Shown: positions 44,664 to 54,776 of the stretch, one piece after another
Layout: each line of letters starts with the position of its first letter
Numbering within the stretch: the first letter of the stretch is position 1
Assembly (NCBI GenBank): GCA_039802005.1
Contig: JBDRVV010000009.1
Location: 3,549 to 67,548, forward strand
Direction: 5' to 3'
DNA: 64,000 bases
Source of the DNA: a candidate division WOR-3 bacterium
Lineage (GTDB): Bacteria; Hydrothermota; Tepidihabitantia; SM23-42; JAOAFX01
The notes under the pieces: model-generated
Databases searched by the model: none
What the model was told of the DNA's origin: nothing
What the model saw: only the letters and a program-made list of their open reading frames with translations
Program-made: the position numbers and the translations under genes

Positions 44664-44691
44664 TTGACATTTATGTTAATTTGAATAGAAT
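44664..44691 (+). promoter_or_regulatory. Sigma70-like promoter TTGACA-N16-TAGAAT, leaderless
   Basis: -10 box 5 nt before ATG 44697. Confidence 0.7.
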
Positions 44692-44696
44692 ATCGT

Positions 44697-44858
44697 ATGA
44701 TGGAGAGATTGAACAAAGGCATACTCGGTGCAATTATCGCTGGTGTTTTTGGAATATTTTTAGCCACGGTTGGGTTCTGGCGTACATTATTAATATTATT
44801 TTTGATAGTAATTGGGTTTTTAGTCGGCACATACTGGGAAATAAGAAAAAAAGAATAA
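44697..44858 (+). CDS. Small integral membrane protein (DUF2273-like, 53 aa)
   Basis: Not in ORF track. MMERLNKGILGAIIAGVFGIFLATVGFWRTLLILFLIVIGFLVGTYWEIRKKE; G.W.TLL..F....G motif; own promoter. Confidence 0.8.
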   Translation: MMERLNKGILGAIIAGVFGIFLATVGFWRTLLILFLIVIGFLVGTYWEIRKKE

Positions 44859-44864
44859 TCCCCT

Positions 44865-45917
44865 TTAAAATATTGAAAAAGGCTGGGGGATAAAGGTAAG
44901 TATTAATACAATCAATGCGATTAATGCATATATTTTTTCTTTCTTTGAAAGCGGTGTTAACGCATCCTGTATTAGAGGCTCTCTGCGGGCAAGTATAAAA
45001 GCAAGCAAGCCCCAAATTATCCATCCCTGCCAGAGGATTCCAAATCCAATTAGTACAATAATAAGAGGTAAATAGAGTTTTTTCTGATTTTTCAATAAAA
45101 CACTATAGGCTATATGACCACCATCAAGCTGACCAATTGGCATTAGATTCATTGATGTAACCAGAAATCCAATCCAGCCTGCAAATGCCATTGGGTGTAA
45201 AAATATATCCATACCTTCCGGTATTGAAGGATGAAATATTCTCCCCAAGACAAAAAACAATAATGAATCGCCCAATCTTAAATAAGTTCCAGTAGCTGGC
45301 GCTTGTTTAACCTCAGAAAGCATGATACCAATTATTGAGGCAATCAGTGCAACGAAAAATCCCGATAATGGTCCTGCCATTCCAATTCTCAGCAATGCCT
45401 TTCTTGAAGGAACGATTGATTTCATTCTAATGATGGCACCGAATGTGCCTAAAAAATGGAATGGAACAGGAATGAAATAAGGCAGACTCGTAACCAGCCC
45501 ATATCTTCTTGAAATAAAATAATGTCCAAGTTCATGACAGGTAAGGATTGCCATAAGCGAGAATGAAAATGGAATACCCAAAAAAATATCTGAAAAGTTC
45601 GTCAGGGGATTACCCCCGCTGTTGAATGAGCCAGCAAGAAGTGTAGTAAAAATTGTCGCTACAAATAACAAAACATTCAGCCATATCTTAGGTTTATCAA
45701 CAATTTTAGGAAAAACACCTATAGTCACTTTATGATACATACCTTCTTGGCTGAATAAAGGAGTGCAGTCATACTGAGAACAAAAATCTTTTATCTCTTC
45801 AATCGTCTGCTCAAGTGGTTCGTATATTTTGCCATAAAACGCAATAAACTGTACACCCTGTGCTGTATCAACAATAAACATTTTCTTTTCAAGAAAGTGC
45901 ATTATCTCTTCGTTCAT
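44865..45917 (-). CDS. Site-2 protease (M50) family protein
   Basis: HELGH, GTFGA, MAGP, NLMPIGQLDGGH. Confidence 0.92.
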   Translation of the reverse strand: MNEEIMHFLEKKMFIVDTAQGVQFIAFYGKIYEPLEQTIEEIKDFCSQYDCTPLFSQEGMYHKVTIGVFPKIVDKPKIWLNVLLFVATIFTTLLAGSFNSGGNPLTNFSDIFLGIPFSFSLMAILTCHELGHYFISRRYGLVTSLPYFIPVPFHFLGTFGAIIRMKSIVPSRKALLRIGMAGPLSGFFVALIASIIGIMLSEVKQAPATGTYLRLGDSLLFFVLGRIFHPSIPEGMDIFLHPMAFAGWIGFLVTSMNLMPIGQLDGGHIAYSVLLKNQKKLYLPLIIVLIGFGILWQGWIIWGLLAFILARREPLIQDALTPLSKKEKIYALIALIVLILTFIPQPFSIF

Positions 45918-45920
45918 TTT

Positions 45921-47795
45921 CTATTCTTCTCCCTTTTTGTTTTTTAAATTTATTAAAATTGTCAATATATCAACCGGGCTTATTCCCTGTATCCGTGATG
46001 CCTGGTCAAGATTCTTTGGTTTGGTTTGGTTGAGTTTACTTTTTGCCTCATTTGATAAACCTTTAATTGCATTGTAGTCAAAATCTTCGGGTATTTCAAT
46101 ATTTTCAATTTTTTTAAGTTTCTCAATCATTTCCTGTTCGCGTTTTATGTAACCCTCATATTTAACTTCAATCTCGGTCCTTAAACCAATTTTTTCTGCA
46201 ACCTGTTCACTTAAAAAGGCAAATATATCCTGCCAGGAAATCCCGGGCCTCTTCAAAATCTGTAATAAGCTTATCCCTCCCCCTTCTTCAGGAACAGGCA
46301 TTTCATTTTTTGCAATCAAAAGCGGATTCATAATTTCCGGCTTTATTATTGACTTTTTTAACTTCTCAATCGTTCTATCAATCATTTCCCTTTCGCTTTG
46401 AACTTCTTTATAAAAATCAATATTGATAAGTCCAAAATCAACCCCATAATGCATAAGTCTATCATACACATTATCAATCCTCAATATCAATCTATGTTCG
46501 GCGAGGGATGTAAACATCCGATAAGGCTCAATGGTATTCTTTGTAACGAGGTCATCAATCAATACTCCAATATATGCCTCATACCTTTTTAATATGAAAG
46601 GTAATTTACCCCGCAATTTCAAGACTGCATTTATTCCGGCAATAAATCCCTGGGCTCCTGCCTCTTCATATCCTGATGTGCCGTTTATCTGCCCAGCACA
46701 ATAAAGGTTTTTGATTAACTTTGTCTCCAGTGTTGGATATAACTGTATCGGATAGACAAAATCATACTCCACAGCATAACCGGGCCTGGTGATTATTGCA
46801 TTTTCCAGTCCATTTATTGAATGGAGCATATCAATCTGAACATCATAGGGAAGGGATGTTGATAATCCATTAAGATAATATTCGCCCGAGTCATATCCTT
46901 CGGGTTCTACGAAAACAATATGGGAATTACGGTCTGAAAATCTTACCACCTTTGTCTCTATTGATGGGCAGTATCTTGGTCCTATTCCGATAATTCTGCC
47001 TGTGTAGAGTGGTGAACGATCAAGATTTTTATTTATAATTTTATGGGTCTCTTCATTCGTCCTTGTGATATAACATGGCAGTTGTTTAATCCTTATTTCA
47101 GAACTTCTGTATGAATATGGTTCAATTGGTTCTTCACCATTCTGAATATCCATCTTTGATATATCTATTGAATTCTTTGCTACCCTTGGGGATGTCCCAG
47201 TCTTCAACCTACCAAGATTAAAGCCCAATTTTATTAATGACTGGCTCAAATTGCCTGATTTTGGTTCACCAAGCCTCCCCCCAGGATAGGTTTCAAGTCC
47301 TATATGCATCAGACCATTTAAAAATGTTCCTGTTGTAATGATAACCGCCCTGGCAAGATATTCATTTCCAATGCCTGTCCTGACCCCTACTATCTCTTTT
47401 TTTTCCACCAAAATATCAATTACTTCTTCCTGTTTTATCGTAAGATTCTTTTGATTAACGAGCGTGTTAAGTGCCTCTTGCTTATATCTTATCCGGTCAT
47501 TCTGCGTCCTTGGAGACCATACGGCAGGACCTTTTGAACGATTAAGCATTCTGAACTGAACAATGGTTTTATCAGCGAGAAAACCAATCTCTCCACCCAG
47601 TGCATCAATCTCTTTCACAAGATGCCCTTTGGCAAGACCACCGATTGAGGGATTACAGGACATTTGACCAATATTATCTATATTTAAGGTTAAAAGAAGG
47701 GTATTAAAACCACTGCGGGCTGAAACAAGGGATGCCTCAATACCTGCATGCCCACCCCCAACCACAATAATATCAAATTTTTCAGTATATGCCAC
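45921..47795 (-). CDS. mnmG: tRNA uridine-5-carboxymethylaminomethyl(34) synthesis enzyme MnmG; start probably GTG 47795
   Basis: GGGHAG, MSCNPSIGG, GPRYCPSIE, AGQINGTSGYEEA. Confidence 0.97.
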   Translation of the reverse strand: MAYTEKFDIIVVGGGHAGIEASLVSARSGFNTLLLTLNIDNIGQMSCNPSIGGLAKGHLVKEIDALGGEIGFLADKTIVQFRMLNRSKGPAVWSPRTQNDRIRYKQEALNTLVNQKNLTIKQEEVIDILVEKKEIVGVRTGIGNEYLARAVIITTGTFLNGLMHIGLETYPGGRLGEPKSGNLSQSLIKLGFNLGRLKTGTSPRVAKNSIDISKMDIQNGEEPIEPYSYRSSEIRIKQLPCYITRTNEETHKIINKNLDRSPLYTGRIIGIGPRYCPSIETKVVRFSDRNSHIVFVEPEGYDSGEYYLNGLSTSLPYDVQIDMLHSINGLENAIITRPGYAVEYDFVYPIQLYPTLETKLIKNLYCAGQINGTSGYEEAGAQGFIAGINAVLKLRGKLPFILKRYEAYIGVLIDDLVTKNTIEPYRMFTSLAEHRLILRIDNVYDRLMHYGVDFGLINIDFYKEVQSEREMIDRTIEKLKKSIIKPEIMNPLLIAKNEMPVPEEGGGISLLQILKRPGISWQDIFAFLSEQVAEKIGLRTEIEVKYEGYIKREQEMIEKLKKIENIEIPEDFDYNAIKGLSNEAKSKLNQTKPKNLDQASRIQGISPVDILTILINLKNKKGEE

Positions 47796-47800
47796 ATATA

Positions 47801-47828
47801 ATAATAAAGATATTCTGCCAAAAATCAA
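47801..47828 (-). promoter_or_regulatory. Sigma70-like promoter TTGATT-N16-TATTAT, leaderless onto GTG
   Basis: -10 box 5 nt from GTG 47795. Confidence 0.55.
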
Positions 47829-47844
47829 TGGGGTTGATTTGGGG

Positions 47845-47870
47845 TGAAACTTTTTTGAGGATTTTGCGTA
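47845..47870 (+). promoter_or_regulatory. ECF sigma (SigW-type) promoter TGAAAC-N16-CGTA
   Basis: Exact match to the B. subtilis SigW consensus directly upstream of an anti-sigma gene. Confidence 0.7.
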
Positions 47871-47877
47871 TTACTTA

Positions 47878-48390
47878 TTGATGAGGCATGAAGAGATAGA
47901 AAGGCTTATCCATAAGAGACTGGATAAAGAGATAACAACAGAAGAAGAAAAAGAGCTCTTTGAGCATATAAGAAGATGTTCCCAATGCAGGGAATTTTAT
48001 CTTGAAATGGAAAGGATAAAGCAAGATATCTTCAACTTGACCGAATTCTTCCCAAGGGTTGATTTCAATACCCGTATTATTTCCGCGATAAATATCAAAA
48101 GGCATAAAATCTGGTATAAAGCAATTCCTGCTTTCGGAAGCATATATTTAATTGGACTTGCTATTCTATTATTCACCCCACTTCCCAATTATCTATTTTC
48201 AAAACTGATTCTAACATTACCTGGGCTTGTTTATATTTTTGACAAGATAAAGCCATTTGGAAACGGATTATTTCTCCTTGCCTCATCTTTTTTAAAGTTT
48301 AACCAGGTTGTAATCTTTACTGGCTTTTTGCTTAGTTTGTTTATATTTTACACCATTGGGAAAATATTAAAAACCAGGGAGGTATTATGA
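47878..48390 (+). CDS. Zinc-binding anti-sigma factor (zf-HC2) with TM helices
   Basis: HIRRCSQC (HxxxCxxC) then hydrophobic C-terminal half. Confidence 0.85.
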   Translation: MMRHEEIERLIHKRLDKEITTEEEKELFEHIRRCSQCREFYLEMERIKQDIFNLTEFFPRVDFNTRIISAINIKRHKIWYKAIPAFGSIYLIGLAILLFTPLPNYLFSKLILTLPGLVYIFDKIKPFGNGLFLLASSFLKFNQVVIFTGFLLSLFIFYTIGKILKTREVL

Positions 48391-49523
48391 AAACACCAAA
48401 AATTATTTTTATCTTTGCTTTAATCATTGGTTTAACAAACCCGGGGGGTGCATTGGTATTCAAAAGGGGTAACGAAATAATCATTGGCCCCGACGAAGTC
48501 ATTGATGATGATTTAATCGCTGCGGGCAGAATAGTAAAGATTGAAGGAAAGGTTAACGGCGATGTATTTGCCTTTGCCCAGGAAGTACATATAAAAAGCG
48601 AAATAAATGGCTCTATTTATACTGCCGGTTCTGAAATAAGGATCAATGCAAAAAGTTGTAGGAGTTTATGGGCATTCTGCGGTTCCCTTGAGGCTGATGG
48701 TAATGTTGAAAATAACCTTTTGTTTTTCGGTGGGCAGATCAAAACTGAAAAAACGAATTTAATTAAAAAAGACCTGTTCGCATTTGGTGGAGAAATAAAT
48801 ATTGACGGTGAAGTCAAGGGCAAAGTAAAAGGTGGTATGGGGAGATTCAATCTAAGCGGCAAAATAGGCAGTGCAGATATTGAAGCAAATAATGCTAATA
48901 TTAAATCAGGCTCAATTGTTATTGGAGACCTGCTGATCAAAGGTAAACAGGAACCCAATATTGCCCCTGATGCACAGATTTTAGGCAAAATTGATTACCA
49001 AAGGGCAGAAGGAAGAGAGTCAAAACAAAGAAAAGGCGGATTGGGTACGGCTCTAAAAACTATATTTTTCATAAGTAAGTTAATCATTGGCATAATATTA
49101 ATTGCCCTGTTCAAGCGATTTATTATAAAAACAAATGAAATCTTGAAAAATTCTACCTGGAAAGCACTCGGGTTTGGTTTCCTTACAATAATTATCATTC
49201 CTGTAGCAATGGCTATAACACTGATAACCATTATTGGCATTCCAGTTTCAGTATTCTGTCTATTTGTCTTTTTGACCCTTGTGTATTTATCAGGTATAGT
49301 CTTTGCCACTGGATTTGGTGAGTTCCTTATCAAATTGATAAAAAAAGAAGGAACTATTTCACCATTCATCTCATTCCTTGTCGGCATAATAATAATAAGT
49401 CTGGTCTCATTAATTCCATATCTCGGTTTTCTGGTGCGCCTTGTTGTTTTATTCTTCGGAACGGGAATGCTCGTGCTCCTGTTTAACAATATCTGGAAAA
49501 AATCTTTAACGATGGAGGCATAA
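48387..49523 (+). CDS. Exported beta-helix (polymer-forming/bactofilin-like repeats) plus multi-TM C-terminal domain
   Basis: Signal peptide; G.V.GD/V..GG repeats; GFLT.I..P....L.IT.IGIP TM domain. Confidence 0.8.
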   Translation: MKTPKIIFIFALIIGLTNPGGALVFKRGNEIIIGPDEVIDDDLIAAGRIVKIEGKVNGDVFAFAQEVHIKSEINGSIYTAGSEIRINAKSCRSLWAFCGSLEADGNVENNLLFFGGQIKTEKTNLIKKDLFAFGGEINIDGEVKGKVKGGMGRFNLSGKIGSADIEANNANIKSGSIVIGDLLIKGKQEPNIAPDAQILGKIDYQRAEGRESKQRKGGLGTALKTIFFISKLIIGIILIALFKRFIIKTNEILKNSTWKALGFGFLTIIIIPVAMAITLITIIGIPVSVFCLFVFLTLVYLSGIVFATGFGEFLIKLIKKEGTISPFISFLVGIIIISLVSLIPYLGFLVRLVVLFFGTGMLVLLFNNIWKKSLTMEA

Positions 49524-50569
49524 TGATAGAATTTATAACAATTCTTATATTGTTAACGGTAGATACTCAATATCAATCAGAGCCCTGTGCATATAAATTT
49601 TCCGGTGATTATCATTTAAAATCAGGTGATACACTAAGAGAAGATGTCTCGGTGAGCAGTGGGAATGCTATGATTGATGGTGTGATTGATGGCGACCTTG
49701 CGGTGATGGGTGGTTCAGTAACGGTTAATGGGACCATAGATGGTGATGTTGCAGTATTTGGTGGTGAGATTGAAAATTATGGTAAGATCACCGGTGATGC
49801 GGCAGTTGCTGGTGGCTCGGTAAAAAATAAAGGAACAATTGATGGCGACATTGCTGTTGCTGGCGGGACAGTCATTCTTGATTCAGGTTCGGTCGTTATG
49901 GGTGATATAGCAATCGTTGGTGGGAGTGTTGACCGCTCTGACTTCGCAGTTGTTGAAGGACAGATAACTACCGTTGATATCGGTAAGATTGACAAAATTA
50001 TGCCAAGGCTCAGCAGGTTGTTACGATTAAGGCAAAATCCGTGCATATTGGGATCTGGATTGCACATAGTTACATCAATCGCATTTATCATTGTAATGTA
50101 TATTTTGAATCTCCTCTTGCTTTTGATTTTCCCTAAAGCGATAGAAAAAATAGGCAACAAAATAAAAAAGAATATCTGGGCTTGTATCGCTATCGGCATC
50201 GGTATTGAAATACTTTTTGTCCCATTGATTCTACTCTTTGTTATTTCCATTATAGGCATTCCTATAATCCCAGCCTTTGTCCTCGCACTATTCATTGGTA
50301 TGCTCTTTGGTATCTCTGGATTCTCGGTTGTCCTTGGCGAAAGGATATGTACAGGATTGAACTGGAATATAGATAATAAAATCGGTCTGTTTTCAACCGG
50401 CTGGCTCGGGATAATGATTATACTGATAATTGGGATACTACTAAAAAATGCAGGCTTTTTTGGAACTTTGATATGGCTCCTGGGGATTGTAATAGTTTAT
50501 GTTGCAGTAACGATTGGAATTGGTGGTGTCCTTTATGCACTGGTAAAAAAAGATAAAGAAATTATTTAG
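49523..50569 (+). CDS. Paralogous beta-helix repeat plus multi-TM protein
   Basis: IDGDLAVMGG/IDGDVAVFGG repeats; ISIIGIP TM domain. Confidence 0.8.
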   Translation: MIEFITILILLTVDTQYQSEPCAYKFSGDYHLKSGDTLREDVSVSSGNAMIDGVIDGDLAVMGGSVTVNGTIDGDVAVFGGEIENYGKITGDAAVAGGSVKNKGTIDGDIAVAGGTVILDSGSVVMGDIAIVGGSVDRSDFAVVEGQITTVDIGKIDKIMPRLSRLLRLRQNPCILGSGLHIVTSIAFIIVMYILNLLLLLIFPKAIEKIGNKIKKNIWACIAIGIGIEILFVPLILLFVISIIGIPIIPAFVLALFIGMLFGISGFSVVLGERICTGLNWNIDNKIGLFSTGWLGIMIILIIGILLKNAGFFGTLIWLLGIVIVYVAVTIGIGGVLYALVKKDKEII

Positions 50570-52772
50570 AAAATCTGAACCCTTTTTCTTTAAATAATTT
50601 TATACAGATATCCACAATCTCGGGTTCAAATTTGATTCCCCTTCCTTTGCTTATATCATTAAGTGCCTGGTCAAGACCCAATGCCTCACGATATGGACGA
50701 TGGGACATCATTGCCTCAACAATATCTGCGACACAAAGTATCTTTGCCTCAATCATAATCTCATCTCCTTTCAAACCCTTTGGATAACCAGAACCGTCCA
50801 TTTTTTCATGGTGTTGAAGAACAATCTCAGGTATGGGCCAGGGGAAATTTACCGGAGCAAGAATCTCATAACCAACCTGGCTATGTGTTTTTATTATCTC
50901 AAATTCTGCCGGTGTCAATGTGGTGGGTTTGGCAAGTATCTCTGCAGGCACATATATCTTACCAACATCATGGAGGAGAGAGGCGATACGAAGATAATTT
51001 ATAATTTCCTTTGAAAGACCCATTTCTTCAGCAATGGTACAGGTCAATTCCGCAACACGGCGCTGATGGCCTGCAGTATAAGGGTCGCGTTTTTCTACTG
51101 CTGAGGCAAGGGCGGTTACTGCACCTTCAAGTAGTCTATTGAGTTGTTCATAACTTTTTTTCAATTCCTGGTGTGCATTATATGCATCACTAACATCCCT
51201 TGCCACACCAAGAATCCCGATTGGTTTGCCTTCTTTATCTCTTATAAATTTAAAAGTCGTCTGTGCCCATATTTCCATTCCATCACGCTTTTTAATTTGT
51301 AGCAATAATGAGCGGTATCTATTTTTGTTTAAAGTAGGTATGCTCTCAATTTCTAATTCTTCTTTCAACACCTTCATTGCATCTGAGTAGGAATGTCGGG
51401 TTAATAGTTTTTCAACCCCGTTATTTAACAATTCATCCGTATCATAACCAATTATCTTTATAGAAGGGCTCATAAATGTAAACTTCAAATCCATATCAAG
51501 GATAAAAATAACCTCAGTTATATTCTCTGTTATTAGTTGCAGCCGTTCCTGGTTCTTTATTAATTCACTTTTCGTTGTCTCTTGTTCAGAAATATCCCGC
51601 GCGATACCACAAAGTCCCCAAATCTCACCTTTTGCATTATAGAGAGGAACCTTAATCGTATGGAACTTAAATCTTTTTCCTCTTATATTTCTTTCCGAAA
51701 AATTTTCAATAACCTCTCCGTTTAGAACTCTCCGGTCTTCGGAAATAATTGTATTAGCAGTATCCGGACCAAAAATATCAAAATCAGTTTTACCAATTAT
51801 TTCTTCGGTTTTCATTCCCAATAATTCAGCCGTACATTTATTGACCATAACATATCTCAATGCCTTATTTTTTATGAATATACAATCCTTTGCTGACTCA
51901 AATATTGTCCGGAACAATTCTTCATTCTCTTTTAACTGCCCCTGTATTCTTTTTTTCTCAGTAATATCCCTTACTAATGCAAGAAGATATACACCATCGG
52001 GCAATTCAAATCTTCTCAAACTTACTTCAGTATCAAATAACGAACCATCAATTCTTCTGTGCTGCCATTCAAAAAACATAGGTTTCCCGTAAAGTGCTTC
52101 CTTCATCATCTGTATTGCCTTTTCATTTGAATTACTTCCGTCGGGTTGGAACGCAGGAGAAAGTTCGTAAGGGTATTTCCCAATTATGTCTTTTTCATCG
52201 CAACCAAAAATCTCAAGTGCTCTTTTATTACATTCTACAAATTTATAATCCTTTAGAATCATAATACCATCACCCGCACTGTCAAATAGCGTCTGATATT
52301 TGGTTGATATTCCAAGTAACTTTTGTAAAAAATGTGCGCTGTAAGTCTGCAAAACTGACTTGTCTATATGCAATGAAGGCCTATTTGTCTGTATCGAACC
52401 ACTAACGATATCACTTATAAAATCATTCAATTTATGAGCGAATTGTTCTTTTTGCATAGTAGTATTCATAACGGCATCCGCCCCGAGATTTTTTAAATAC
52501 TCCTGCCCTTTTTCATCAGTAACACCAGGAACACAAATTACCATTGGGATATCTTTTGTCTTATCATTTGTTTTTACCCGATAACAGAATTGCAATCCAT
52601 CAAGAACCGGCTGTAAAATACCGCTGATTATTAAATCAAACCCATTTTCTAAAAGAAGTTTAAATGCATCAACACAATTGTTGACTTCTACTATATTGTG
52701 CCCCTTCTCTTTTAAAATTTCCTTCAATAAAATTCTATTTTCTGCCTTATCGTCCAGAACTAAAATCTTCAT
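50562..52772 (-). CDS. HD-GYP phosphodiesterase with degenerate REC and three PAS domains
   Basis: RDPYTAGH, LHDVGK, HHEKMDGSGYP; PAS/PAC motifs; REC phosphosite reads ISGIL. Confidence 0.9.
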   Translation of the reverse strand: MKILVLDDKAENRILLKEILKEKGHNIVEVNNCVDAFKLLLENGFDLIISGILQPVLDGLQFCYRVKTNDKTKDIPMVICVPGVTDEKGQEYLKNLGADAVMNTTMQKEQFAHKLNDFISDIVSGSIQTNRPSLHIDKSVLQTYSAHFLQKLLGISTKYQTLFDSAGDGIMILKDYKFVECNKRALEIFGCDEKDIIGKYPYELSPAFQPDGSNSNEKAIQMMKEALYGKPMFFEWQHRRIDGSLFDTEVSLRRFELPDGVYLLALVRDITEKKRIQGQLKENEELFRTIFESAKDCIFIKNKALRYVMVNKCTAELLGMKTEEIIGKTDFDIFGPDTANTIISEDRRVLNGEVIENFSERNIRGKRFKFHTIKVPLYNAKGEIWGLCGIARDISEQETTKSELIKNQERLQLITENITEVIFILDMDLKFTFMSPSIKIIGYDTDELLNNGVEKLLTRHSYSDAMKVLKEELEIESIPTLNKNRYRSLLLQIKKRDGMEIWAQTTFKFIRDKEGKPIGILGVARDVSDAYNAHQELKKSYEQLNRLLEGAVTALASAVEKRDPYTAGHQRRVAELTCTIAEEMGLSKEIINYLRIASLLHDVGKIYVPAEILAKPTTLTPAEFEIIKTHSQVGYEILAPVNFPWPIPEIVLQHHEKMDGSGYPKGLKGDEIMIEAKILCVADIVEAMMSHRPYREALGLDQALNDISKGRGIKFEPEIVDICIKLFKEKGFRFSK

Positions 52773-52817
52773 AAAAAAACCTCCTTCAGGGGCCATTTCT
52801 AATTTACAAATATAAAT

Positions 52818-52845
52818 AGTATAATCTATTAGGTTTAAAAGTCAA
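52818..52845 (-). promoter_or_regulatory. Sigma70-like promoter TTGACT-N16-TATACT
   Basis: Read directly. Confidence 0.65.
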
Positions 52846-52880
52846 GAGAAAAAATTGCTGCCTTATTTATTTACTAATAT

Positions 52881-53903
52881 CTACCTTTGAGGTTCTATTA
52901 ATATTTTTAATGAATAGCCAGCCTTTTCTACAAGTTCAAATCCTTTTTGAATTTCATCCAAGCCAAATCTATGTGTAATCATATCATCAACATTTAGTTT
53001 CTTATTTTTTAATAAATCAATTGCTTCAACTATATCCTGCTTAACTGCTGCATAAGAAAAAACAATCTTAACCCCTTTAAAATAAAGGTCAAAAAGTGGA
53101 AGGGGAATACGCACTTCAGGGGCAGTAGGTGCAAACAACAAAAGCGTGCCGGCACGGTCTACAGATGAAAACGCCTGTTCAAAGGCACTGAGCGCAGTTG
53201 TATTTACAATCACAACATCTGCGAGACGACCATTATTTAATTCTTTCACCTTTTCCATTACATTATCTTTTGCATTGACAACCTCTGCCCCACACTTTTT
53301 TGCAAATTGAAGGCGGTATTCATTTATATCTGTTGCAATTATACTTTTAACGCCCCGTGCCTTTAAAAGTTTTATATGTAATATACCCGCAATGCCCGAG
53401 CCAATCACCAGCACGGTATCATCTGTTTTTATTTCCGCAAACCTCTGACCTCTTATTACACAACCGAGTGGTTCAATGAATGTCCCTTCTTCATAAGATA
53501 CTTGTTCGGGTAATAAAAATGTTCCGAATTTTACATTTATTTCCGGAACGCGCAGGTATTCAGCAAACCCCCCGGGGTCAAAGTTGGTCTTTTTGAGTGT
53601 CTCGCAGACCGTATGATAACCTTTGATACAATATCTGCATTCATTACAGGGAACATGATGGGATACAAAAACCCTATCTCCTATTTGAAAATCTTTAACA
53701 TCTCGGCCCTTTTTAACAATCTCACCGGCAATCTCATGCCCTAAGACCCTTGGCGCACTCTTTATCCGATACCACTCCATTACATCACTACCACATATCC
53801 CGCTGGCAATCACCTTAACCAGCAGTTCGTTTTCTTTAATCTCTGGTATGGGTCTTTCTTCTATTCTTATATCTTTATTGTTGTAGTAAACTGCAACACG
53901 CAT
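52881..53903 (-). CDS. Zinc-dependent alcohol/polyol dehydrogenase
   Basis: GICGSD, GHE, CNECRYC...C, GSGIAG. Confidence 0.92.
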   Translation of the reverse strand: MRVAVYYNNKDIRIEERPIPEIKENELLVKVIASGICGSDVMEWYRIKSAPRVLGHEIAGEIVKKGRDVKDFQIGDRVFVSHHVPCNECRYCIKGYHTVCETLKKTNFDPGGFAEYLRVPEINVKFGTFLLPEQVSYEEGTFIEPLGCVIRGQRFAEIKTDDTVLVIGSGIAGILHIKLLKARGVKSIIATDINEYRLQFAKKCGAEVVNAKDNVMEKVKELNNGRLADVVIVNTTALSAFEQAFSSVDRAGTLLLFAPTAPEVRIPLPLFDLYFKGVKIVFSYAAVKQDIVEAIDLLKNKKLNVDDMITHRFGLDEIQKGFELVEKAGYSLKILIEPQR

Positions 53904-53948
53904 TATGGTTAAATGGTTAAGTAATCTGCAAAAACCAGCATCTCAACC

Positions 53949-54746
53949 TCAACCCTTATAACTTTTCCTTCTTTTTTCCTCAAATATCTCATATGCCTCA
54001 TTTACGCTTACATTTTTGTGCACGATTGCCCTCACCGCCTGTATCATCGCAACCGGGTCTTCAGATTGAAATATATTCCTGCCCATATCAACTCCGACTG
54101 CTCCCTTATTTATTGCATTATAAGCAAGTTGTAATGCTTCTTTTTCAGGAATTTTCTTACCACCTGCGATAACAATCGGAACCGGACAAGTTTCAACAAC
54201 TTTTTCAAAATCTTCGCAATAATATGTCTTTACAAAATGGGCACCAAGTTCTGCTGCAATCCGACAGCATAGACTGAGATATTTTGCATCCCTTTCCATT
54301 TCTCTGCCTACAGCAGTAACCGCAAGGACTGCAATACCATATTCTTCTGCCTGATTGACGAGTTCGGAGAGTGCTAATAATGTTTCCTTTTCATGTTCAG
54401 AGCCTACAAATATTGAGAGTGCCACTGCACAGGCATTCAACCTTATTGCCTCTTTTATTGATGTAGTAATTCCTTCATTCGATAAATCTTTTGAAAGTAT
54501 ACTTGTGCCACCCGAAACACGGAGTACAATCGGTATATCAAAATAATCGGGTACTGAAGTCCTTAATACCCCTCTTGTGAGCATTAATGAATCGGCAAAA
54601 CGAAGTAATGGTCTAATTGTCTTTGACGGAACTTCAAGTCCGCTTGTTGGACCAAGAAAATAACCATGATCCACTGCCAGCATCACGGTCCTGCCGGTTT
54701 CTGGTTTAATTATTCGTGATAATCTATTTTTTAATCCCCAATCCAT
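53949..54746 (-). CDS. lsrF: LsrF-like class I aldolase/thiolase
   Basis: MDWG.KNR, MLAVDHGYF.GP, VKTYY, AGGKK, DMGRNIFQ. Confidence 0.9.
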   Translation of the reverse strand: MDWGLKNRLSRIIKPETGRTVMLAVDHGYFLGPTSGLEVPSKTIRPLLRFADSLMLTRGVLRTSVPDYFDIPIVLRVSGGTSILSKDLSNEGITTSIKEAIRLNACAVALSIFVGSEHEKETLLALSELVNQAEEYGIAVLAVTAVGREMERDAKYLSLCCRIAAELGAHFVKTYYCEDFEKVVETCPVPIVIAGGKKIPEKEALQLAYNAINKGAVGVDMGRNIFQSEDPVAMIQAVRAIVHKNVSVNEAYEIFEEKRRKSYKG

Positions 54747-54776
54747 AATAACTCCTTTTTGTATTATAGATAAATT

